The notes under the pieces are model-generated. The model saw nothing but the letters and a program-made list of their open reading frames with translations, made no database searches and was not told where the DNA came from. Positions 1 through 10,600 of a stretch of 64,000 nt of DNA are shown here, in pieces; the stretch's first letter is position 1; each line of letters starts with the position of its first letter. The position numbers and the translations under genes are program-made. The DNA is from Candidatus Zixiibacteriota bacterium (GTDB lineage Bacteria; Zixibacteria; MSB-5A5; UBA10806; 4484-95), in assembly GCA_037441845.1 (NCBI GenBank), contig JBBIRK010000003.1, positions 224,001 to 288,000 on the forward strand, read 5' to 3'.

Positions 1-2
1 AG

Positions 3-968
3 GGAATCGCCTACCTGGTCGCCTCGTCGGTCGAGGGGCTTTCGCCGGATAACGTATCGATTCTCGATTCTTCGGGCAGGCTGTTGACGGCTCGGCAGGA
101 GTCGGATCAGCTCGCGAAATTGTCATCAAGCCAGCTCGAAATGAAAAAGAACGTCGAAAGTTACCTGCAGGAAAAGGCTCAATCGATGCTCGATGCCGTG
201 GTCGGGCAAAATCGGTCGATCGTTCGGGTCAGCGTCGACTTGAATTTCGAGCAGGTCGAGAGAACTCAGGAATCTTACAACCCGGACAGCGTGGTCATAA
301 GGTCGGAAGAAACCACCGAAGAATCCGAATCGCAGAGCGATGCCGCCGATACCAACAGGAAAAAAGACTCGTCCGGGTCGAAAAAAACCACTGTAAGGAA
401 TTACGAGGTCAATAAACGAATTGAGCATCTGGTAGCCGAGGTCGGGAATATATCGCAGATGCGCGTTTCGATCTCGGTCGACGGGTCGTATGTCATGATC
501 AAAGGACCGGATGGAAAAATGCAGCGCCAGTATCAACCCCGTCCTCAGGAAGAACTGGATAAGCTGGTGGCGTTGGTCAGAGGAGCGGTCGGTTTTTCGG
601 AACGCCGCAACGATATAATAGAAATCGCGAATATCCCGTTCGAAACTTATCAGGACGACTGGAAAGAACAGCAACGTTACGAAAAAGAAGAAACGATGCA
701 ATTCTGGCTGCGCAACGCTTACCGCATTCTGGGTTTCGTGCTCGCCGTTCTGATTTTGTTCAAAATGAGGAAAATTTTCAAACGCTGGAACGACCGACGG
801 CTGGCCCACAGAAGATTTCTCGAGGCTCAAGCCGAAATCAAACGTAAGGCGGCGGAAATCATTCCTAAAGTTTCGCAGGAACCCAAGCTTATCGATCATA
901 TAAGAAAAATCGCCGACGACAATCCCGGCGAAATGGCCAAAGTCATTAAGACCATGATGGCGGAATAA
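3..968 (+). CDS. fliF: Flagellar MS-ring protein FliF, C-terminal part (5' truncated by window edge)
   Basis: Frame is open from position 3 (GIAYLVASSVEGLSPDNVSILDSSGRLL, typical FliF); has RSEE, NYEVNK, AVGFSERRNDII, a C-terminal TM and 'NPGEMAKVIKTMM'; directly upstream of fliG. Confidence 0.95.
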   Translation, partial: GIAYLVASSVEGLSPDNVSILDSSGRLLTARQESDQLAKLSSSQLEMKKNVESYLQEKAQSMLDAVVGQNRSIVRVSVDLNFEQVERTQESYNPDSVVIRSEETTEESESQSDAADTNRKKDSSGSKKTTVRNYEVNKRIEHLVAEVGNISQMRVSISVDGSYVMIKGPDGKMQRQYQPRPQEELDKLVALVRGAVGFSERRNDIIEIANIPFETYQDDWKEQQRYEKEETMQFWLRNAYRILGFVLAVLILFKMRKIFKRWNDRRLAHRRFLEAQAEIKRKAAEIIPKVSQEPKLIDHIRKIADDNPGEMAKVIKTMMAE

Positions 969-969
969 G

Positions 970-1992
970 ATGGCAAACGAACCAGCGGTTTCGGAATTAA
1001 ACGGCGCGCAGAAAGCAGCCGTGCTCGTGGTCGGTCTCGGAACCGAGATCTCCGCCAAAGTGATGAAAGAACTCAATGAAGCGGAAATCGAAAGATTGAC
1101 CATTGAAGTGGCCAATCTGCGCGACATACCACCCAAACTTGAAGAGCAAGTCGTCAAGGAAGTTTCACAGCTGATTATGGCTCAGGAGTATATCAATCAG
1201 GGTGGTGTCGAATACGCCAAAAATCTTCTCGAAAATGCCCTCGGCAAATCGAAAGCGCTGGAGATTTTGAAAAGGCTCGAAGGTTCGTTGAAAACCTCCG
1301 GATTCGCTAAAATAAAAAATATAGATCCCAAACAGCTGACCAATTTTATCCAAAACGAACATCCGCAGACCATTTCGCTGATTTTGACTCAGCTTTCTCA
1401 TCAGCAAGCGGCCCAGGTGCTTTCCGATCTTTCGCCTGAACTTCAGGCCGAGGTCGCTTATCGCATGGCCACCATGGAAAAAATCGCACCCGAAATAATC
1501 AGCGAGCTCGAAGGCCTGCTTGAGGGACAATTCGAGATGATCGGCACCAAAGATTTATCGATTTCGGGCGGCACGAAGATGGTGGCTGAAATTCTCAACT
1601 TGATGGAGTCATCGACGGAGAAAGCGATTCTCGAATCGATCGAGGGAGAGAAACCCGAGCTGGCGGCGGAGATAAAAAACTTGATGTTCGTATTCGAGGA
1701 TGTCGTTTTGCTCGACGACCGCTCGATCCAGAGAGTGCTGAAAGATATAGAAACCAAAGACGTGGCGATTGCATTGAAAGCCGCCAGCGAGGAAGTCAAG
1801 ACCAAGATATACGCCAATGTTTCCGAGCGCGTTGCCGACATGATTCGCGAAGAAATCGAGTTCATGGGGCCGATGCGCCTTTCGGACGTCGAGGCGGCCC
1901 AGCAGCGGATCGTAGAAACCATAAGGCGTTTGCAGGACGAAGGCCAGATAATTATCGCCGGCCGCGGCGGCAAAGAGGAATTAGTTGTTTAA
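970..1992 (+). CDS. fliG: Flagellar motor switch protein FliG
   Basis: QKAAVLV, GGVEYAKNLL, EHPQTISLIL, MFVFED and GPMRLSDVEAAQ motifs. Confidence 0.98.
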   Translation: MANEPAVSELNGAQKAAVLVVGLGTEISAKVMKELNEAEIERLTIEVANLRDIPPKLEEQVVKEVSQLIMAQEYINQGGVEYAKNLLENALGKSKALEILKRLEGSLKTSGFAKIKNIDPKQLTNFIQNEHPQTISLILTQLSHQQAAQVLSDLSPELQAEVAYRMATMEKIAPEIISELEGLLEGQFEMIGTKDLSISGGTKMVAEILNLMESSTEKAILESIEGEKPELAAEIKNLMFVFEDVVLLDDRSIQRVLKDIETKDVAIALKAASEEVKTKIYANVSERVADMIREEIEFMGPMRLSDVEAAQQRIVETIRRLQDEGQIIIAGRGGKEELVV

Positions 1993-2779
1993 GAAAATAC
2001 TCAGAGATTATCGCTATATCTCGCGGGATTCCCCATTGTCCGAATCGAGAAAAACGGTTATCAGAGGAGAATCATTCCCCGTACCGGAACTGCCTGATTT
2101 CAGGAATCAAACCGGTATCCGCCGCACCGATTCAGGCCGGAGAAGTCCCGGCCGACCGGTCAAAGAAAAATTCAGCGGCCCCAAATCGGCGGAGATTGAC
2201 GCCAAGCCACCTCGGGATAAGCAACCGGCGGCCGATGATCGTATCTCGTTATCATCGCAAGAACTCGCCGAGCGAATTCGGATGGCGCAGGATGAAGCAT
2301 ATAACAAAGGCATACAGGCAGGCATTGCAGCAGGGCGCGCCGAATGGGAACCGACCGCCAAACAACTCAGCGCCGCATTCGAATCCGCTATCCGTCAGTG
2401 TCAAGAACGCCATCAGGCGCTGGCAGAGGAATTCGAAAAATCGCTTTACGAACTTTCCATGAATATCGCCCGGAAGGTTATCGGAGATGCTGCGGTGCGA
2501 TCCTCGGATGCGGCGGCTTTCAACGTGAAAAATTGCCTGTCCATGATGGGCGGTTCCGGCGAGGTGACAATCAAATTAAGCCCGTCGGATATCGAAAGTA
2601 TCAGAGCATCGTTGCCGGATTTCGAAAAAATGAACGACGGCCGCTTCAGAATAAATCTTATCTCGGATGAAAGCATAACCCCGGGCGGCTGCTTCGTCGA
2701 ACTCGACGGATCGATAATCGACGCGCGAATTGACAGCCAACTCGATAATATCAAGAAGCACCTTAGCGTTTTATCATGA
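1985..2779 (+). CDS. fliH: Flagellar export protein FliH
   Basis: AYNKGIQAGIAAG repeat and C-terminal DESITPGGCFVE..GSIIDARI; lies between fliG and fliI. TTG start is uncertain. Confidence 0.9.
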   Translation: MFKKILRDYRYISRDSPLSESRKTVIRGESFPVPELPDFRNQTGIRRTDSGRRSPGRPVKEKFSGPKSAEIDAKPPRDKQPAADDRISLSSQELAERIRMAQDEAYNKGIQAGIAAGRAEWEPTAKQLSAAFESAIRQCQERHQALAEEFEKSLYELSMNIARKVIGDAAVRSSDAAAFNVKNCLSMMGGSGEVTIKLSPSDIESIRASLPDFEKMNDGRFRINLISDESITPGGCFVELDGSIIDARIDSQLDNIKKHLSVLS

Positions 2780-4104
2780 CCCCGACACTTGCGGAAAAAA
2801 CGAAAAAGGCCGAACTGGCTGTCGAAAAAGCGCAAGCCGTGGTTCAACACGGCATGGTGACCAAGGTCACCGGTATCGTCATCGAGGCAACCGGACCTGC
2901 CCTTCGTATCGGCGATCAAGTGACGATCAACTCGTCGCTGGGGGAAAAAGCCGGCGAGGTCGTCGGATTCAGTCATGGGCGGATATTCATAATGCCGCTC
3001 GGCGATATGGCGGGAATCGGCCCCGGAGCCAAAGTAATCGCTGCAGGCCGACGGCTGTCCGTCAGGGTCGGACCGGAATTGCTGGGAAGAGTCGTGGATG
3101 GCCTCGGCAAGACGATCGATGGATTGCCTGAGCCGGATTGCCGTGATATCAGAACACTGGACAATGATTCGCCTCCGCCGCTGAAAAGAAAAAGAATCAC
3201 ACAGCCTTTCGAAACCGGTATCCGGGCCATCGATGGTTTCCTGCTGTGTGGTTTGGGGCAAAGGGTGGCCATTCTATCCGGATCAGGTGTGGGCAAGAGC
3301 GTGCTGCTTGGAATGATCGCCCGATCGTCGGCTGCCGATGTGAACGTTATCGGGTTGATAGGCGAGAGGGGACGTGAAGTACGCGAATTCATGGAAAGGG
3401 ACCTCGGTCCCGAGGGACTGGCGAAATCGATCGTAGTCGTCGTAACTTCGGACAATGCGCCGCTTCTCCGAATCAAGGGAGTGATCCTGGCCACTGCGAT
3501 CGCCGAATATTTCCGCGATCAGGGGAAAAACGTCGCCCTTATGGTGGACTCGCTCACTAGAGTGGCGATGGGTCAGCGCGAAATCGGATTGTCTATCGGA
3601 GAGCCGCCAACGACCAGAGGATATGTGCCGTCGGTTTTCGCCTTGCTGCCCAAGATTCTCGAGCGGGCAGGGCAATCGGAAAAGGGAAGCATTACCGCTT
3701 TTTACACGGTGCTGGTCGAGGGTGACGATTTTTCGGAGCCGATAAGCGACGCGGTGAAGGCGATCGTCGACGGTCATATCGTGCTGTCGCGTCAGCTCGC
3801 CTCCAAATATCATTATCCAGCGATCGACGTTCTCGAATCGATCAGCCGCTTGATGCCAGATATAGCCGCCAAAGACCATCTGGAGCTTGCGGGCCGTTGT
3901 CGGGAAATTTTGGCCGATTATCGCGATGCAGAGGATTTGATCAATATCGGTGCTTATGTGAAGGGGTCGTCCCCGAAAATAGATTACGCTATCGAAAGAA
4001 TCGAACCGCTGAGGAGTTTTCTGAAGCAGAAAATCGATGAAAAAAGCTCTCTGGATAAAACTCTCGGCTGGCTCGGTGAGATTCAAGCGGGAGTCCAAAA
4101 ATGA
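2776..4104 (+). CDS. fliI: Flagellar export ATPase FliI
   Basis: Walker A SGSGVGKS, LIGERGREV, DSLTR, GEPPTTRGY, DGHIVLSR. Confidence 0.98.
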   Translation: MTPTLAEKTKKAELAVEKAQAVVQHGMVTKVTGIVIEATGPALRIGDQVTINSSLGEKAGEVVGFSHGRIFIMPLGDMAGIGPGAKVIAAGRRLSVRVGPELLGRVVDGLGKTIDGLPEPDCRDIRTLDNDSPPPLKRKRITQPFETGIRAIDGFLLCGLGQRVAILSGSGVGKSVLLGMIARSSAADVNVIGLIGERGREVREFMERDLGPEGLAKSIVVVVTSDNAPLLRIKGVILATAIAEYFRDQGKNVALMVDSLTRVAMGQREIGLSIGEPPTTRGYVPSVFALLPKILERAGQSEKGSITAFYTVLVEGDDFSEPISDAVKAIVDGHIVLSRQLASKYHYPAIDVLESISRLMPDIAAKDHLELAGRCREILADYRDAEDLINIGAYVKGSSPKIDYAIERIEPLRSFLKQKIDEKSSLDKTLGWLGEIQAGVQK

Positions 4105-4550
4105 CCAAAAAGTTCAAATTTCGACTGGAACGCATAAGGCGATTCAAAGAACAGGAAGAAGAGGATAAGAAACGCAAGCTGGCGATCGAAAAGACGCGAC
4201 TGGCCCTCGAAAAAAAAACGCTCAACGATATCCTCGATCTGAGAAAGCGCTGCTTGATGAAATTCGGCGTGAAAAAAACCGGTCGGGTGAACTTGACGGA
4301 ATTGATACTTTCAAAAAGATACATCGATAAACTGTCCTCCGATATCGTTATTCAATCCAAACGGGTCGATGGCGCCGAGCGGCTCGTCGCCGACGCTCAA
4401 AAAGCCCTGCTGGAGGCCTCCCGCGAGAAAAAGAAATACGATAAACTCAAGGAAAAGCAACTGGCCAAACACAAGGTGGAAACCGCCCGCATTCTGACGA
4501 AAGAGCTTGATCAGTTCGGCTCGAGGTCGTCGACCCCAAAATCGCTTTAG
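4101..4550 (+). CDS. fliJ: Flagellar export chaperone FliJ
   Basis: KKFKFRLE N-terminus, coiled coil, KYDKLKEK...KELD; overlaps the fliI stop. Confidence 0.9.
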   Translation: MTKKFKFRLERIRRFKEQEEEDKKRKLAIEKTRLALEKKTLNDILDLRKRCLMKFGVKKTGRVNLTELILSKRYIDKLSSDIVIQSKRVDGAERLVADAQKALLEASREKKKYDKLKEKQLAKHKVETARILTKELDQFGSRSSTPKSL

Positions 4551-4569
4551 CAAGTCGGGCATCTTAAAT

Positions 4570-4607
4570 AAAAAAGCCCCCTCCCCTGATTCTGGGGAGA
4601 GGGCTTT
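4570..4607 (-). terminator. Intrinsic terminator of the giant - strand gene (possibly bidirectional, also ending fliJ)
   Basis: Minus strand reads AAAGCCCTCTCCCC-AGAATCA-GGGGAGGGGGC-TTTTTT; lies between convergent fliJ and the giant gene. A second small hairpin GGCTTTT-CAG-AAAAGCC is at 4610-4626. Confidence 0.8.
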
Positions 4608-4625
4608 GCGGCTTTTCAGAAAAGC

Positions 4626-7600
4626 CTATTCAGCGGTTTTGGTCTCGCGGATGACCGATTTATTCTCATCGCGCGGAACCATGTTGATCCCCTGCTGAAT
4701 GTGAATCGGTGACGGAGCCAGCAGGATCGGAGGCGGGAAGAAGTGGCAGTAGTTCAGGGAAGCATTCCCCTTGAAGAACGCCACCAATCTCGTGATATCC
4801 GAACCTCTGAACTCGCAGTTGCCGTTCACGTCGCCGGCCACATAGAGGTAAGTGCCGGTCGAATCCATGTAGCATGAATCCGGAGGCACGGCTCCCACGC
4901 CCTTGAAGTAGCGGACACCGAAGGTAACGTCGCCGCCAATGCGGTTGCCGTCGCCGTTGATGTCGCCGAGGACGTAGTCGCATTCACCACCGCCGCCGGT
5001 GACTGTGAACGAGACGTTGACCGTCGTTACGGGTTCATCCGGATCGTTGGAGGTGATCAAAATAGCACCCGTGTAAGTGCCGGCGGAAAGCGCCGAGGCA
5101 TCCATGAACGCATGGAATGTCAGTGGCGGATCGTTCGGCGCCAGCACGCCCGAGGTCAGGTCGGTCGTGAGCCACTGCGGAGGCCTGTTGAACAAGATAG
5201 CCATGCTGTTGTGCAGATAGGCCTGGTTATAAGCAACCTGCAAGCCGATCGTGCCGGTCTCGTTTTCGATACCGATCGAATAGCTCATCAAGCTGAACAG
5301 CCCGCCGCCGTACTGCATCTTGATCGACCCGTCGGCGTTCAAGATCACCTGGAAGTCGATCTTGTTGGTGGTGTCGGCGTAATGCGGCCAGGTAACCCAG
5401 GAAACGATGAAGCGGTTGTTGGCCGAGTCGAAGTAGTAATAGCAATCGCCGTCGTTTCTGGCGTCCATGTCATCCCAGTAAACTGGAACGATCGCATTCG
5501 GCAACGCCGTCGCCGGTATTGAGGTGTTCGACAGATAGGAGCTGGTCTGGCTGACGAACGAGATCCAGCCGTTGGTGCTGACCATCACGCTGTCGTACGG
5601 TATACCGTAATAGTTGAAGGTCATGCCCATTGCGAACAGGTTCGTCCATCCGTCGTCGAGTGTTCCATTGGTGAACGTCACCGGCGTGCCGATCGTCGAG
5701 ATATCGACCCAGGAATAGGCAGGGCCGCCCGGCTCGTCCGAATCTTTCCAGCGATAACCGAACGCATCAGGTCCGCCCTGAGCGTTGATCACCGGCGGGT
5801 AGACCGGTTCGGTAGCTCCGGTTTTCGGATCGACTTGCGAGCCGATCGGCGAGGTATTCAAAGCGATCGGTATATCACCGTGAATCGGCCGTGGGCTATA
5901 TTGAACCACCGATGCGGTATAGAGCAGACCACAGTCGCCGACGTTGTCGAGTGTGGTGGCAGCCGTGTCGGCTCCACCGACGTCCGCGCTGCCGCTCAAC
6001 GAGGTCGAAGCCACGGCGATATCGGCAGCCGCGCTGGTGTCGCCCTGAATGTAGGCGTGAATCATGTTGTCGCCATTGATCGTGCTGAACGTGTCCGGCT
6101 GCCATACCCCGTCAAGGCGCATCCACTTGGCGGCCGGATAATCCTCGGTGGCGTCGATGCAGATACCTTCTTTATGGAAAGTATCGACATACGTCCAGCC
6201 AGCCCAGAATATCTGGCAATCCACATGTATCGTCGTATCGCAGGCGACGTTCCAGACGAGATCACCGCGATCCGGAGTTCTCAGCCGCTTGGTGTAAACG
6301 GCGGGTTCGTCCGGCAACCCGTTGATATCGGTGTCGAGATAGATCGAAACTATCACCGTGTCGCGGTTGGCATCCGGCCAGGTTGGATAGTTATCGAGAT
6401 TGGTCATCTTGTAAGTGATCGCCGATATCGTTGCGTTTCCGTACGGAACGTTGAACGCGTTGGCGATGATATTGTCGGGATTCGTAAGTCTCCAGGCGTT
6501 GTTCACGACCCCGTCATCGTAGCTGATAAAGTAGTTCGATGCCGGCAGAGATACAAACGTAGTCCGCAACGTGTCGTTGTTCGGATCGACATCGGTGCCC
6601 AGCTGAGTTGCGATCGTGAGAACATAACTGCTGCAAGCATAACCGATCGTCCATCCCGGGAACGTATCCACGACCGTGGCGCCCGGAGGCAACGCGGTTA
6701 TCGTCTGGATGTTCGAATAGCCCCGATTGTCGCTCGCCCAAACGTTGAACGTTTCGGTGTTGATACCTTCGTTCTTGAAAGTGGCGATTATATCCAGAGT
6801 TTGTCCCTGAACGATCGTCGTCGGCGCATCCAAAGACACCACTCTAACGTCATGTGACGGCATATAAGGATAGAACTTGATCGCCAAACCTTCATACGGC
6901 AGGTTCAACTGCGGCTCACCGTCTGTATAGTAACCCAAGCCGATAGTCCTGGTCGAATCCTGAATGCCGATGGTTATATCGGTCTGCCTCGGGCCGGTCG
7001 CCGGTCCATACTGCATGACGATCGAACTGTCGTCGGCATCGAAAATTACCTGGAAATCGCCCGGGTTGTAAGGCGAGGAGTAGTATGACCAATCGTAGTA
7101 AGAAACGATGAAGCGGTTGTTGGCTGCGTCGTATTTGTAATAGACATAGCCGGTGTCCGCCGTGGTTTCTCCATCGAGGTCATCCCAGTTCAAGAACACA
7201 CCTTCCGTCGGTCCCGAAGAGGACGGCGGCAGGTAGTTGCCAAGGTAATTGCTCGTCTGAGCTGTGAACGACAACCAGCCATTGGTCGCGATCACGATCG
7301 AGTCTTCCATGGATCCATAGAAATAGAATCCACTGGGGAAGCCCATATAGATCGGATTGGTGCGGCCGTCGTCGGTAGTGCCGTTCGGCCAAGTGACGAT
7401 GCGGGTCCATCCGCCGCCGGTCGTGTCGATCCATGAGTAAGTGGGTCCGCCGATAACCGTGTTATCGATCCAGCGGTAATGCCCGGCATCGGGGCCGCCC
7501 GTGCCGTAGTGCGAATCGACGGTGAAGGAAGAACCCCTGCTGTTATTGGTCAGGATAGAGTCGGTAATGATGGCGACCCAAGCTGAGCAAGTGTATGCGC

Positions 7601-10600
7601 CGTTTACTGTGAGCGTACCGGGATCGAAATCGACGGTATCGATCGTCAAGCTGGCGATCGAGGCTATCGTTTGGGTGTCTGAATAGACGATCGCACCCAC
7701 GGAATTGTAAATATCGAAGTGAACGGGCACGCTCGTTTCAGTGGATAGTCCGTTGTTCCCGAATACCGCTCTCGGAGTGAACGGTGATCCGTTGGCAACC
7801 ATCCCCGAAGGATTCAGGATGCTGTTGGCAGACATGTCGTGGTTAGGGATATAGAGCGAGCAGTTGGTAAACGTGAAATCATCGATATACCATCCTGGGT
7901 TGTCGAGGCTCGAGTTCGAATAGTATTCGAAGCGGAACGGCACTATGCCCGAATATGCCGATAAATCCACCGAATAATATTGCCAGGTTGTATCCATTCC
8001 ATACCAAGAAGCCAGAAGCACCCAGCCGGTTCCCGGATCGATCTTGATATTCAAGCTGTCGTATGTCGAACCGGAAGCTCTGCGCCAATGGTAGAATCCA
8101 AATGCCGCGTTCGAGTTGAGATTCAGGGAGAAATCAAGCCATGAACGGATACCGCCCAACGGATAACCAGTCGTACGGTTGCCGTCGAGAATGGTCGCCC
8201 AGCATCTCACGCCTGAATTGGCGCCGCTCGGGCCGAACGTTGGAATACCCCATTCCCAGTCACCGCTGAAATCACCCCAACTGCCGGTCGCAGTTAAGCC
8301 GCCGCTTGTGGATTCGAAGTCGAGAAGATCATCGAACACGGTCATGGTTCTCGCTTTCCAGTCGTTGCCGGGTGTGGCATCTCCGGGAAGCGCAACCAGT
8401 GTCGTGCAATAGTAGGTGCCGCTGGTCGCCATGAAAGTCGAATCGAAATCGACCGTATCCACCTCGAGGGCAGAGATGCTGGCGATATATTTCGTGCTGC
8501 TGAACACCTGAACGCCGCCGCTGTCGTAAATTCTGAAATGCACGGGAACGTTGGTCTCGGTCGTGTTACCGAAATTGGTAAATGATGCCCGCGGCGTGAA
8601 ATAGGTGTTTGTCTCCATCGCGCCACCGGGGCTGATAAGCTTGGTGGCTGCCATGTCATGGCTCGGCGGAACATAGGAGAACGTAATCGCCAGGCCGGGC
8701 AATGCGAGATTGCCGGCAGGCGCGCCGTTGTAGAAATACTGCAAGCCGATAGTACCATCGGAGTTCTCGATACCGATCGTGTGTCCGGTTGGAATGGACG
8801 GACCCACCGAGCGGTATTGATACTTTATCTTCTCGTTGCCGGTGATAATCATCTGGGCGTCGAAACGGTTGGCGGAGTCAGCGGTTGCATACCATTTGAA
8901 GTTCAGGAAGCTGATGATGAAGGTGTCGACGTTGTTTGTGTAATAGTAAATGTTGGCATCGGGACCCTGCATCATGTCATCCCAGAGCATGGCCAGCGTA
9001 TTGTTCGGAAGGCCGGTGGCCGGCAGAGCCGAGTTCGTAAGGTACCCGCTGATGAGGCTGTCGAAGCTGGCGAAACCGTTTTCGCTCACCGAGATTCTAT
9101 CATAGGCATTGCCGTAATAGTTGAAGGTGAAACCGATTCCCAGTCTGGTAAAGCGATCATCACCCGTTCCCGGGAATGCGATCGGGGTTCCGATACCGCT
9201 GATATCGATCCAGTTGTATGCCGGACCAAGCCCGAGGTTGTCTTCCCAGATGTAGTAGCCTGCATCAGGGCCGCCGCTGGATGTATGCGGTAGAGTAAAA
9301 AAAGTTGCGGAAACAGTGTCGTTGGATAGATTTTGATCGGTGGCTAAAGCCGTGAACGTGCGCAACCGATATTCGCCGGAACTCAGGATATTCCAATTGG
9401 CGAAATCAACATCGCGATATTCAAGGCTCGTCAACCCGCTTACGGTCTGACCGTTGGAATAAACGCTCGTAGTCGGCAATTCCTCGTAAACCTGAACCTT
9501 GTCCAGATACATGCAATAGAGCGCGTTATACCCTTTATACTTGAACGCGATCTTGACGTTAGACTGTCCGGCCGCCCACGAGCTAATGTTGTAAGTCGGA
9601 ATGGCAGGCGTGGAGATCGATCCGTAATCAGCACCTGTGTATAATGCGATTACTTGGGTAGTCGCCCAGTCATCCGCAGTTCCAAGCACCCAGCCCGAAT
9701 CGGTCAAGTCAGAAGTGTAGTCGTCATAGTATATCCGCATGGTGAGCTGGACGTTGCTGGCTGAAGCGCAGTTGATTGAGGGTGATATCAACCATTCGTT
9801 CTGGTATTCGATCGGCGAGTAATAAACTCTGGCGATCGTATCGCCCCAGCTCGAATGATAGTAGGCGTGCCAGTCATTGTTGTTCCAAGTGCCGGGCACG
9901 CTGCCGCTGTCGATAATCGACCAGCTTCCCAAAACGTTCTGCGGAGGACTTGCGCCGTTCCACAGTTGCGGGTCGCTGAATTCCTCGTAGAACAGGACGT
10001 TCTTGTTGACGATTTCAACTTTGAACGAATCCTGGAACGTCTCGGTGTTGGTGCCGAAATTGGCTACCTGGGTCTTGACAGGCGCGCTGTACCCCACCAC
10101 GCCATAGCGAGGATACTTGATCGAACGCGTGGTGACATCATGCGCCAAAAGAACAGTTTCATCGACTTTGACGTCATCTACGTACCAATAGTCGAAACTG
10201 GCCGGGCCGTTGACGAAATTCAGAGCGATTTTTATGGTCTGTCCGGCGCGGTTGGAAATGTCGAATTTGTAAATGGTTTTGGTCGTCGAAGACCCCGTGG
10301 ATGCAGTCAGATTTTGCACCGTGTCCACCCAAGTAGCGCCGCCGTCGGTGGATATCAGAATATATCCATGGTCGGTGTTTTCCCATGGCGCGCCGGTGGT
10401 GGAATGATAATAGTATTGGGCGACACTCAATGTGCACAACGAACCCGAAGAAAGAGAAATGGCCGGTGATATCAGCCATTCATTCTGTGCTTCGGTATCG
10501 CCGGTCAAATAATATACTCGAGCGGTTTTGCTGGCCCACGAGGTGTGGTTGTAGCTTCTCCAATCATTCAGGTTATAGCCGCCGGCAGATTTCGGCGTGC

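Noticed and set aside
126..4098. Long antisense ORFs (e.g. 126-1157, 2446-3261, 3283-4098) and similar ones throughout the window
   Set aside because: They are shadows of well-conserved + strand flagellar genes; no recognisable motifs or RBS.
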